A stretch of DNA of 64,000 bases from NCBI RefSeq assembly GCF_009914755.1, contig NC_060940.1; one strand, 5' to 3'. Position numbers and translations under genes: made by a program. How positions within the stretch are numbered: the stretch's first letter is position 1; each line of letters starts with the position of its first letter. Positions 1 through 13,080 of the stretch are shown one piece after another. The stretch is from the human T2T-CHM13v2.0 reference genome, Homo sapiens. Under the pieces are notes generated by a model. That model did not search any database. It was not told the DNA's origin and saw only the letters and a list, made by a program, of their open reading frames with translations.

Positions 1-254
1 GGTCTAGGCTTATGGTGCATCTAGGGGCCCAGGAAAATGTCTAAATGTTAATTTCTTTCAAAATTAGAAGAAAAAAAAGACTAAAATAATAATAAAGGTA
101 TAATAATGAATCCAGCCTGGAACCTATTTGTCCATTTGTCTTTATACCAACAGAGTTGTAAAATATGTTTTGTTATTATTTTTTTTAATGGAGGAAGAGG
201 CTTACAAGGGCAAAAGTGCTTGAGGCCTACAAACAATGTTACAATGTGGCTCTG
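1..254. mobile_element. Old hAT-type non-autonomous DNA transposon fragment (MER91/MER96-like, subfamily uncertain)
   Basis: Ends in GGAGGAAGAGGCTTACAAGGGCAAAAGTGCTTGAGGCCTAC...ATGTGGCTCTG, resembling recalled hAT MITE termini; truncated by window edge. Confidence 0.45.
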
Positions 255-689
255 TCTACACTCCCCTGCTCCTAAGTGTATATGGAGAGATCAGCTTCCT
301 GGGGACCCTAGATGGAGCCCTCTACAAAAGCAGGTAGACGTGCCCTAGATTGTTTGGGGGGGTGGGTCTCTAGGAAGGACAGTGCCTCCTGCTGCTCTGG
401 TTGGGGGAGCAGTTGTCGAATAGGGGACCAACCTGCTGATCTGGGGTCATTATTTTTTATCAGCTTGGATTGAGCTGAAAGTTCAACCAAGAAGAGGCTT
501 GAGCCCAAGGCCCGAAGACACTGAATTCTGAATCTGGAGGGACAATCAGCCCAGAGGTGTGACCATCAGTCATAGAAGAGCATCAGGCACTTGACCCCTG
601 CCCTGACCCCTTGCAGGCTGGAACTAGGCACTGCCCTGCCTCCTCTCTATCCCAGCAACCACAGAACTTCATGCGAGCTGTCCAGCGCT

Positions 690-890
690 GAGCTTGTCAT
701 ATGCATTCTTGCATTCAGTTAGCCTGGGAGTCCTGCAAGGTGGATGGGTGCTCTTAATGGTGCCATTTTATAGACACAGAAGCTGAAGCTCAGGGACAAG
801 AAGAAGTTGGGCCCAGTTCAGAAAGCTGGTAAGTGGCAAGGCCAGGATTTGAATTCAGGTCTGGCTGACCCCAGAGCCTATGCTTCCCTC
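690..890 (-). mobile_element. MIR SINE
   Basis: Reverse MIR core CCATTTTATAGACACAGAAGCTGAAGCTCAG and CCAGGATTTGAATTCAGGTCT. Confidence 0.75.
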
Positions 891-1289
891 ACACTCCAGT
901 CCCCAACCAGAAGGCTGGCCAGAAATGGAGGGGCAGGACCCCCCGCCAAGGAAGCTGCCTGGTGTCAGGTGGCATTTCTAAGGTGAGGTACAAAAGTGGC
1001 ATCCTGGAGGTTTGCCAAAAGGTGACTTCTGAGGGGTACAAAAAGTAAATTTTCTCTTTTCTTCCATATGTAGGCATATAAGGAAACATAGAGACTTTAC
1101 ACACCAAACTTCCTAGGTATTCCTGCTAGAGTATGGTCTATATGTTTTTAAACCTATAGATTTAAATGTATGATTTAAATAAAAAGATGAAGAAAATAAA
1201 GGTACAGATGACCTATAAGTAAAGCAAAAAACCAAAAACCAAACAAAACCAACTGTAAATACTGGTCTGTGAGAGAGAGGTGTAAACCT

Positions 1290-1415
1290 TTAATCAGAAT
1301 CTTTGGGTTTGAGTTATTTTATGAGCTGTATGGCCTTAGTAAGATTCTTCAGCTCTGAGACTCAGCTCCCTCATCTGTAGAATGGGAAGGGTCATTGTAA
1401 AGATGCAAAGGAGAT
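1290..1415 (+). mobile_element. MIR SINE fragment
   Basis: CTCAGCTCCCTCATCTGTAGAATGGG core. Confidence 0.7.
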
Positions 1416-1710
1416 CTTTGCATCTTCACCGTAGATGCTGTGCCAAGCTCTGTTTAGATCCATAGGGAAGTGGGTCAGGGAGACCCCTGGTAAAGTGTTT
1501 CTTGCTGCAACTCTCAGGCAGGCAGTGGGAAAGGCATTTTTGAATGAGAAAGACCGTGGAAGGGCTAGGTTTGGAACTGGGAGTTCTCTGGGCTGGATTC
1601 TGCTCAGGACCTACACCAGACTGGGCCTCCCAAGTAACATGATACACATCTGTTTAATTGGACATGAGTCTTAATGGCCAAAATTACCTGTAACATTAGC
1701 TTCTTTCACA

Positions 1711-1730
1711 GCTGTGCCCTCTGCTGGGGT
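1711..1730 (-). promoter_or_regulatory. Candidate CTCF site
   Basis: Minus strand reads ACCCCAGCAGAGGGCACAGC; matches CCASYAGRKGGCRS core at all 14 positions. Confidence 0.55.
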
Positions 1731-2184
1731 TGGTGCCAGTTCCGAAGCCAGGCCCTGATGGGGTAGACTGTCAGCGGGCCCGAGAGCTCAGCACAGTGAC
1801 TTGGACAGGGGGCGAGGTACAAGGGCTGGGAACTCACACATTGGTGCCATGACCTCTCAACTTGCTTTTCCCAGGATGGTCCTAGCCCCTTGTCTCAGCC
1901 ACTCCAATTTCTCCCTGAAGAAGACTTCTCTGGTTAAAAATGTTGGAAAAAGCTTCATTTTCCTGAAATCACCTCAGGTCCTGGAAGGCAGGGCCTCTGC
2001 CCTCATTCCTATTATAACCCCCAACCACAGAGGTGGTGAGGAGCAACCAGGGGGACCACTCAGCATCTCCTAGGGTTTATGGTGACTGGGGGGACAGGAG
2101 GCATGAGATGAATTTTGAGGACGTCGTGACCACCATTGGGGGTGTGTTTTTACCTCAAATGATCTTCTCTTCATTGAATGACAT

Positions 2185-2735
2185 AAGAAAATAAAAATGG
2201 CCAAAAGAAAGTAAGAAAGAAGAGATAAATGAGACCCACCAGTTATCAGGGAAATGCAAATTAAAATAAAAATTACAATTAGGGAATGGAGGGTGGGAGG
2301 AGGGAGAGAAGCAGGAAAAGTAACTAGTGGATCCCAGGCCGAAAACCTGGATGATGAATAAACTGTGCACATGTTTACCTATGTAACAAACCTGCACATC
2401 CTGCACATGTACTCCTGAACTTAAAAGTTCAAAAAAAATTACATACCTATGTTCACCCATAAGATTACAAATATTTTAAAGTTTAATCATTTCGATATTG
2501 TGTAATGTGGGAAAATGGACATTTTTTTTTCCAGTGGAAGTATGATGTGAGAACATTTGGCAGTATTTACAAAAATTAATAATGTGTATGGGGATCCTCC
2601 TTGACCCAGCAATTCCACCTCCAGGTATCACTATCTACCCCCAGGAAAGTCCTTGTACATGAACCAAGGACTCTTGGCACAAAGATGTTCATGGCAGCAT
2701 TGTTTAGCCAGCAATTGGAAGCAACCTAACTTTTT
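2185..2735 (+). mobile_element. Old L1M (L1ME-like) fragment, interrupted by a younger L1 3' end
   Basis: ATCAGGGAAATGCAAATTAAAA, GACCCAGCAATTCCAC, AAGATGTTCATGGCAGCATTGTTT: typical end-of-ORF2 L1 motifs. Confidence 0.7.
2278..2438 (+). mobile_element. 5'-truncated L1PA/L1PB 3' end with A tail
   Basis: TTTACCTATGTAACAAACCTGCACATCCTGCACATGTACTCCTGAACTTAAAAG plus A tail; AAAAATTACA at 2268-2277 and 2434-2443 as probable TSD. Confidence 0.8.
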
Positions 2736-4123
2736 CTCCAAAGTTCAAAAATGCACAGTCCTGTGGTAGCCATCACCTCCTCCAGGTTGATTTCATGTCC
2801 CCAGTCCCCTGTGGTCAACATGAACTTTCAGTGATGACTAAGGGATAGAACTCAATGCACAGACTTGGAAATCTCTCTAAGACTTACCATTTGGTGAAAA
2901 TAATCAATACACAGAAAGATCCAGAATGAAATAAACTACGTAAGAGCAACAACACACAACATACAATCAAAACTATAGAACAAACCCAAAGCAATATAAT
3001 GTATTCCTAAAAGTACATAGATACATAAAAGTCTATAGAAAAAGGACAGGAAGGGAACCCTCCAAATGATAGTAGTTACCTCTGGCATAGGGTGTGAGAC
3101 TGGGGGAGGTGGTTAAGAAGATATTGAGCTTTATATCAACTGAAAATAATTTTTACAAATGAACGTAATCTTGTGCTATTTATGAAATTAAAAGTGAATT
3201 TACTGACAGAATTGGAGGAAGGATATGTGGAGGTGTGTTATTTTCTGTCAACTTGTGTATTTGTCCACATTCTCTATGAGAAAAATTTAAAATTAAAAAA
3301 ATACAATTGATATTATAAAAGTCATTATCTCACTGAGATATGGCTCCTTCTGAGAGGTTCATTTGATGTGCCCAGCTCTTCCCTAAGGTGAACTTGGCTG
3401 ACTTTGGCCCTCTGTATCATGGACAGAGACTGGTGGTCTCATTCACTGAATAAATAAATGAATAGATGGATAGATGGATGGTTCCAGTGAAGCAAAGCAA
3501 GATCTTGTCCCTTGATGACCCATTTCTGGTATTTCTGGAGGCTTCAGGGTGTGCCGTGACCTCTTTGGGCCCAGTAGAAAATGTGGCTCACATTCTTCTT
3601 CAGGACTAGAGAGGTGGGTATCTTGGAGTGGTGGGTATTTCTGACAGAGAAAAAAACTTTGCCAACACATAGCAGAAAAAAGGAAACATGTTTCATATGA
3701 CTTGAACAATAAAAATTACCATTTGTACAGTCTGCAAAATGTTAAGAATATGGAATGTATCCTGCTCCCAACCCCATCTGCAACATGAGATTCCTGGATA
3801 GCAGCCCAAGCTGTTCCTTCATCAGGGCTCTGGGCTAAGTCCTGGCATGCAGAAGTGTTTTCAGGGATGGTTACTAGACGACTCAACAGGCTGAGCGAAG
3901 GGACTTGATGTGAAGAGTCCCGGAGAGGATCCATGTGTGTAAAATCCACCCTGGGGCAGGACTAGGATCCCATCCACATTCTCTTCCCATAGATAACTCC
4001 AGGGCAGCTATATTAACTGATAAGGTTGAACGTGATAATTAAAAATGTATTTGCCGTTCCTGCCTGATGGTATCAGTGAGAATCACCTTTCTCAACATCC
4101 AGTGTTTGAAAATGAAAATGGCA

Positions 4124-4609
<486 letters not shown>

Positions 4610-4809
4610 TTATAAATCAGTCAGTTGTAGGGGCTACAAGAGAGACAGAGGTTCTTGCTGAGTATTCAGTCTTGGAGTCTCTGAAGTATCAGTTTGTAGG
4701 GAGATGCAAATGTCCTCAGAACACCCCTCCAGTATCTACAGAAATCTCTTTGTCTTCAGCCCCTTTGTGATTGTCGCATGTTCTAAACGTTTCAACACAC
4801 CTGAGTAAG

Positions 4810-5661
<852 letters not shown>

Positions 5662-5769
5662 TCTAATCATTTTGTTCATAATTTTAAAAAATAACCTGGA
5701 ATTTTACCTAGTTTTAGCTTTGTGATTTTAAATGGAGGCACAGGTAGCACATTTCTGCTGTTTCAGTGC

Positions 5770-6150
5770 CTAACCCCATCCATGGAGGAAGAATCAAGGA
5801 AGGTATCTTGGGGAACTGATATTTGAACAAGCCTGGACACAGGAGGAGAAGTTTGCCCATCAATGGACAAGACGAGGGAGAGGCAGGACTGACAGAGGGT
5901 GTAGCATGGGACTGCACAGGAGCCTGAACGAACGAGGTGCATCTGGGGGGCAGTCATGAGCCTGGCATTGCGGCATTATTGAGTACAAATGACAAATGGC
6001 AGAGCAAGTTGTAGAAATCGACTGGAGACAGATCACAGAAGCCCCTGGGGGCCATTGTGAGAGGTTCAGACTTCCTCGTGGGGAGAGTTTACAGCAGAGA
6101 AATGACAAGATCAGGGTCAGCTTTTAGAACCATCCCTCCAGGAGGCGCGG
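5770..6150 (-). mobile_element. L2 LINE fragment
   Basis: GGAGACAGATCACAGAAGCCCCTGGGGGCCATTGTGAGAGG...AAATGACAAGATCAG typical of antisense L2. Confidence 0.6.
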
Positions 6151-6214
6151 GGAAGCCTGGTGTGATAGTCTGGAGCTCCCCAGTGGTGAGGCGGCAACAC
6201 TGTGCGACACTCAC

Positions 6215-6350
6215 CCTGCTCAGTCCAGCAGTAACTCACCTAAACCTCACTGCAACCCTAGGAGGAACAGAGAGAGGTTAAGGAACTTGCCCAAGGTCAC
6301 ACAGCTAGCCAGTTACAGAGCTGGGCTTCAGACTCAGGCTCGAGTCCTCG
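6215..6350 (-). mobile_element. MIR SINE
   Basis: AGAGAGGTTAAGGAACTTGCCCAAGGTCACACAGCTAG. Confidence 0.8.
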
Positions 6351-6430
6351 ACCAGCACATCATGTGGCCCTTGTTTTGCCCTATCTGCATGCTACAAGCT
6401 GCCTGTCTTAACTTTTCAAAATGTAAATGA

Positions 6431-7090
<660 letters not shown>

Positions 7091-8580
7091 CAATTTATTT
7101 TCTATTATCCATTAAAATAAACATCTAAGTATAATATTAAAATAAAACATTTGCCCATGCTGGAGACTGAGAGAGGTGAAGGTGGGAACTAAGGTGGTGG
7201 TAGCTGCCAGATAAGAGGGGACACTCTGGATACCCATTTAGGGGGGTTTGGCAAGAGGGCGATGTAGTTGCTGGCTGGCATGTGGCAATGGCCTCCTCAG
7301 AATGTCTTGAGGCCTGCATGATTAGTGACACAGTTCACACACCTGGGTGCAGGCTGTGGGCATCACAAGGGGGCCCACTGTGCACATTCAAGTTAAAATT
7401 CTAAATAAAGTGCTTTGAGAGTTAGGTTACACCTGAGCTAGTGGGGCAGGGTGGGGCAGAGGACTTGGTCACTGACTTCCTGGACATGATAGAAAGGGCT
7501 ATGGCTCAGGAAGCATGCAATTAACATCATGGGGACGTGGAAATTCCCAGCGAGTACAGCAGAAGAGCAGAGAGAAGACTGGGAGGGGGCTGTCTACTGG
7601 GCCCCTGTGCACAATCCCAACTCAGCCTGAAGCTGGAGCCCTGAGATCATAAGGAAGGTGACATCAGGGCTATATCCGCGGTGGCGCTGGACAGGAGGGT
7701 GGAGCATTTGTTACTTGACTGCTTTTCAGCACTGAACCAAGGAAACAGGATCTGTGGCATTGGCTCTGCCAACTCTGCTCCCACGGCACCGGCCTTTTTC
7801 CATTTCCCCTTAGCCTATCCTGGCTCCAGGTTAAGCAAGGCCCCTCTCCCCTCCTGTTGTCTTTTGTTTCCGTGGCGGAAAATTTGAAAGCCCAGCGTTT
7901 TGCATTTCTTTTCAGCACACCGATAAGGCAGAGGAAACATCTGCGACTGGGGACAAAATGTGTGAAAAATGGGGGTGGGGTGGGGGGGCAGAAGTTTTCT
8001 GTCTTAAAAAACGTTTTATCTCCTCGCTGGACACCTCCTTTATTAAAATGAAATTGATAGGTTGAAATGTTCACGTGAACACAGAGGAGACAGAAGGTTT
8101 AAATCCAAGAGGAGGGAATTCAAAATGAATAAAAAGGAAATCCTGGAAACGCACACTTCCAGGACTCAATGCAGACACATTCGTCTCGGTTTCCTACACT
8201 TCTCTTGGCCATCAGCTCAGAGAAGTCTACCACCTGTGATACACGCCTCAGATTTATGATCGGTTTCCAGGGACCAGCCGAACAGCCTCGCTGCCTGCCT
8301 CTTCATAAATCAGGCACTGAAAGCAGTTCAGATGCGAATTTGACAGAAGAGGCCCACGTCTCAGAGAAAGCAAGCTCTTGAGCCCCCAAGTCTGGCCATT
8401 TGCCCTTTTGCCTAATCCCAAAGAGGGAGAAGACCTGGTGGAGGATACGATGTGGTGTTTTCTGGAATTAGACCAGGAGTCAGAGACAGCTGCATTTTGC
8501 GGCATCTTTCCACCTTGCCCACCATTCCCTGTTTGCTGCCGTTCAGGTCCTGGGTGCTGCGAGTGAATCCAAAGGACCAC

Positions 8581-8875
8581 GCTGGGCAAAACGGCTCATG
8601 CCTGTAATCCCAGCACTTTGGGAGGTCAGGGTTGGAGGATCACTTGAGCCCGGGAGTTTGAGAGAAGCCTGGGCAACATAGTGAGACCCTGTCTATTAAA
8701 AAATTTATAAAATTAGCCAAGCATAATGATGCACAACTGTAGTCCCAGCTACTTGGGAGGTGGAGGTAGGAGGATCTCTGGAGCCCAGGAGTTTGAGGCT
8801 GTGGATTGCACTACTGCACTCCAGTGTGGGTGACAAAACAAGACCCTGTCTCAAAAAAGAAAAAAAAAAAAAGCA
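8581..8875 (+). mobile_element. AluJ
   Basis: GGAGGATCACTTGAGCCCGGGAGTTTG...GGCAACATAGTGAGACCC; A tail. Confidence 0.9.
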
Positions 8876-8891
8876 AAAGACCAGTAACCAA

Positions 8892-8965
8892 ATGGTGCCA
8901 GGGTATTAGATGGGCAGGAGCTGCCAGCATGGTGCCAGGCTGTTAGATGGGTAGGAGCTGCCAGC
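8892..8965. repeat. 37-bp tandem duplication (2 copies)
   Basis: ATGGTGCCAGGGTATTAGATGGGCAGGAGCTGCCAGC vs ATGGTGCCAGGCTGTTAGATGGGTAGGAGCTGCCAGC, 3 mismatches. Confidence 0.9.
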
Positions 8966-9629
8966 TTCAAGAGGGGAAAAGCCTTGCTTCAAAATAGCCA
9001 CAGTACACTCTGTAAGTGGGCCATTTATTGTTTGATGTGTTAGAAGTTTCGTCAAACCTCTGGGCATATTTATACAATTAGAGCAGCCAGCAAAAGAAAA
9101 TAGCACAGTGACAAATTGGGCTCGTGGACTCTGATTAACTTGTTAAGCTAAATAAATTGCATAGGAAATGTGCCCCGTTTGAATTTATGAAATTGCTTCT
9201 CATCTAGATAGATGACTGCTGGGCCAGTCTGGGGCAGGCAGCTGGTACACACTCCGGTCGGAATTAGGTGCAAGTCCAGAAGGAGAGGGGAAACCATCCC
9301 CCTACTGCAAACAACATGACAAATGCCCTTTACAGTAGCAAGGCAGGGCTGCTGTTTTGTCCAAAGCGTGTAGTGTTGATTTGCTGCAATATTGTCAACT
9401 CCTGTTAGGGCAGAACCCAGGCAGCAAGCTGACGCCTGTCACCCAGTATTTGCTAGTTCTTGGTTTTTAAGAACAAGACAAGTAGCAGAAGTATAAGAGG
9501 ACATCAGGGTTTTAGTTAAAAACCCTACAGGATCCAGCATGCATCTTGTACATCGTCAGCCATTGAGGATCTAGGAGGGTGGCCCCTGTGCCTTGCAGTG
9601 TTGAATTCTGTCCAATCCTAACAAATAGA

Positions 9630-9850
9630 AGCAATCATTTGTCAAGTACTTACTCTGTGCTGAGACAGAGGCTGAAGGCTTTTAAGTCAATTATCTGATT
9701 AAGTCCTCACAATGGCCCTAATATTATTCCCATTTTCCAGATGAGAACAGAGAGGGGATCATGGAAGTGTGCAGGGGAGCCAGAAAGAGGCAGCACCAGG
9801 ATTTGAACCCAGGTGAGCCCGGTTCCAGGTTCTGCAATGTTAACCTCACG
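9630..9850 (-). mobile_element. MIR SINE
   Basis: TATTATTCCCATTTTCCAGATGAGAACAGAG...CAGGATTTGAACCCAGG. Confidence 0.8.
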
Positions 9851-10114
9851 TGGTGCTGCCTGCATCAGGGACTCCCAGGGGATCCCTGAGCCTTGTTGGG
9901 TCTGAAACATCATTCTGACTCACCAAAGAGGTTGATTCTATTCCCTCCAGCTTGCATGTTATTTTATGATAGTGCATTATTTGAAAATTGATATGTACAG
10001 GGATTGATTGCCCCTTCATCTGGCCCAACCCAGAAAACTGGATTAATCCATTCACCTTATGCCTTGACCATTCCAATGCTTAAGGGGAGATGGTATTTAC
10101 AGCATGTCAACACC

Positions 10115-10345
10115 ACCAGTAATAGCGACGGCTACACCTGCAGCACTCATGCTATTTATGTGGCCCCGTTTGAAGTATTTGCCTGTATCAACTCATTTAA
10201 TCTTATCATCGATCCTAGGAGATAGGAACTTCTTTTCAAAAAGCCCATTTTTCAGATGAGGAAACAAAAGCACTGGAGGTTAAATAAATGCTGAAGGTCA
10301 CACCATGGCATGGGGACCCACATAGCCAGAGACTGGAGTCCACGT
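10115..10345 (-). mobile_element. MIR SINE
   Basis: AACTCATTTAATCTT...CCCATTTTTCAGATGAGGAAAC...AAGGTCACAC. Confidence 0.75.
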
Positions 10346-10412
10346 CCTGACAACTGTGGATGTGAGTGAGGCCATGGAAGTCCTGTGTTCCCCCCAACAG
10401 GAACTGTCCTGT

Positions 10413-10434
10413 GCGTGAGCCACCGCGCCTGGCC
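10413..10434 (-). mobile_element. Isolated 22-bp Alu 5' end
   Basis: GCGTGAGCCACCGCGCCTGGCC = reverse complement of Alu nt 1-22 with 1 mismatch. Confidence 0.7.
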
Positions 10435-10474
10435 TGAGGTCATCATTTTCCTTGGTGATCTAGGACTTTAGCAG

Positions 10475-11100
10475 GTTGTTCATTCACTAACTCATCCACT
10501 CATTCAGCCCGTGTGGAGCAGGCACTCTGCAATGCACCGGGACACGGCAATGAATAGAACAGATGCAGCCTCTCAGGAGCAAATGATCCAGGCGACAAGG
10601 AGGCAGTTACAGCAGCACGTCAACAAGGGCAAAATGTGTTCATCTTCCGTGAGAACTGGCGAGGAGAGCAACCCAGTGCTTTGGGAGCCTGTAGGGCAAA
10701 AATCCCTGGTCAGCAAAGTCAGAAAAGGCTTCCCCAGGAAGGAGACACTGGGGCTGAGACCTGAAGCATGAGAAGAGCTCACCAGACAAGGGAGCGACAG
10801 GAAGAGAACATTCCCAGCAAAGGGAACCGCAAGTGCAAAGGATCCGTGGCAGAAGAGAGCATCGCAGACATGAGGGACTGAAGAGGCGTGAAGACTTGAG
10901 GGGTGGCTGGAGGACAGAGTTAGGGGTGGGTCTGGAGAGGTCCGCTTTGACCACACTAGGCTGGGCCATGTTGACAATGCCAGCACCATGTAAAGTGATG
11001 GACTTTATCCCAAAAGCAATGGGAAACCATTACATGATTTTAAGCATGTGGGGGTGGGGCGGTGACCTACCCATTTGTGTTTGGCAAAGATCACAGCGGC
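10475..11100 (-). mobile_element. L2 LINE 3' portion
   Basis: CATTCACTAACTCATCCACTCATTCA tail, then GCAATGGGAAACCATT...AAAGATCAC antisense L2 motifs. Confidence 0.75.
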
Positions 11101-11445
11101 CTAACCTCCTTTTTTCAGGGCAGAATTTCAAGTAAGGGCTGGATGTTTCCAACACAGAAACTCAAGAGGCTAAGACTGGGTGTTACAATCTGGCACGGAG
11201 CCTAGGAGAAGACCCAAGGGCAAAAGGAGTGAATGAGCCAAGCAATGTGGGGAAAACCTCGACTTTTAGGCACAAAAGCTAACATGGGGGAATGTTTAGT
11301 GTGTGGTCACCAGCATCACACTCCGTTGTCTTTGGACCAGGTTTTGCTCTCCTGCAATAACAGAAGTTTATCCTCATGACCCCAGGGCTAGCCAGAAAAG
11401 ATAAAATTATAGTAAGCATTATTTGTTTTAGAAAATACAATACTG

Positions 11446-11744
<299 letters not shown>

Positions 11745-11964
11745 AGAAAATACAATACTGAACAACAGAGTACATTGCAGGTGTATTGCCAGACAAAATG
11801 GTTAAGATAAAAAAGAAATTGGTGCAAAGAAGGAATACATCCCATAGCCTCTAATCACATGGCCCCTGAGCCTGCCAGATAGCCAAGTCTGACTGTATGA
11901 CAAACATCTTAATAACTGATGAGATTTTCAGCTGGCTAAAGAAAGTGAGATGCCCCCGTGACAC

Positions 11965-12387
11965 TGGCTGAAAACTGTGGCAGTGGCTTTGGAATTGAAG
12001 AATGGATAGAAACAGGAAGAATTTTAAGGCGCATGAGGGAAAAAACGCTAGATTGTCTCAATCAGGCTGTTGGCAGAAGTAATAGACATTCAAGGTACTT
12101 CTGAGAGGGCTCAGAAGAAGACACACACACAGAGATGAGGAGGTGAAGATGGAGGCAGAAACGGGAGCGATGCCGTCACAAGCCAAGGAACGCTGGCAGC
12201 CACCAGAGCTGGAGGAGCAAGAGAGGGAAAGCCTCCCCTGGAGTGTGGCCCTGCAGACACCATAATTTCAGTCTGGGGATACTAATTTTGGACTTCTGGT
12301 TTACCAAATTGTAAGAGAAGAAATTTCTGTCATTTCTAAGCCACAAAGTTTCTGGTAGTTTCCAGTAGCCTCAGGAAACAAATCCAT
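11965..12387 (+). mobile_element. MaLR fragment: MLT1-internal piece joined to the 3' part of an MLT1C/D-like LTR
   Basis: GAAAACTGTGGCAGTGGCTTTGGAATTG (MaLR-int); AAGCCAAGGAACGCTGGCAGCCACCAGAGCTGG...TTGGACTTCTGG...GTAAGAGAAGAAATTTCTG...AAGCCAC (LTR). Confidence 0.7.
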
Positions 12388-12463
12388 TCTGAGCATCATT
12401 TCCTTCCTATGCCACAAACACCCACAATCTCGCGTGGCTGATGTGTTCTCTTTTTAAAAAACA

Positions 12464-12786
12464 TTATTTATTTATTTATATTTACTTTTTTGTTATTTTT
12501 TTAGAGACAGGGTCTCACTCTGTTGTCCAGGCTGGAGTGCAGTGGTACAATTATAGCTCACTGCAGCCTCTAACTCCTGGACTCAAGTGATCCTCCTGCC
12601 TCAGCCTCTTGAGTAGCTGGGACTACTGGCATGAGCCGCCATGCCTGGCTAATTTTTACTATTTTTTGTAGAGACAGGGTCTCTCTATGTTGCCCAGGCT
12701 GGCCTCGAACTTCTGGCCTCAAGCGAGATTCCCACCTCTGCCTCCCAAAGTGCTAGGATTATAGGCAAGAGCCATGGAGCCTGGCT
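12464..12786 (-). mobile_element. AluJ
   Basis: TATAGCTCACTGCAGCCTCTAACTCCTGG; CTATGTTGCCCAGGCTGG. Confidence 0.9.
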
Positions 12787-12799
12787 GGCTGATGCAGTC

Positions 12800-13080
12800 T
12801 CATACTCCAGGGCTCAGACTAAATGACACCTCCTCAGAGTGGCCTCACAGACTTCCCTAACCAGAGCAGGTTAACTCCTGTCAACCTCGATTGCAGTATT
12901 GAGTTAAACCTAAATTCTTTCTTTAGTTTGTGTACTTGTATTTTGTCTGCCTTCCCCCACTAGAGTAGGAGCTGCAGGTGGTCAGGGACTGTGGTATTCT
13001 GCTCCCTGCTGCGCCCCCAGCACCTAGCAAGCAGACTGGAGGACAGCGAACACTCCATGAATGTTTGTTGATTGAATAAC
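12800..13080 (+). mobile_element. L2 3' end
   Basis: CTAGAGTAGGAGCTGC...CCCCCAGCACCTAGC...ATGAATGTTTGTTGATTGAATAA. Confidence 0.7.
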
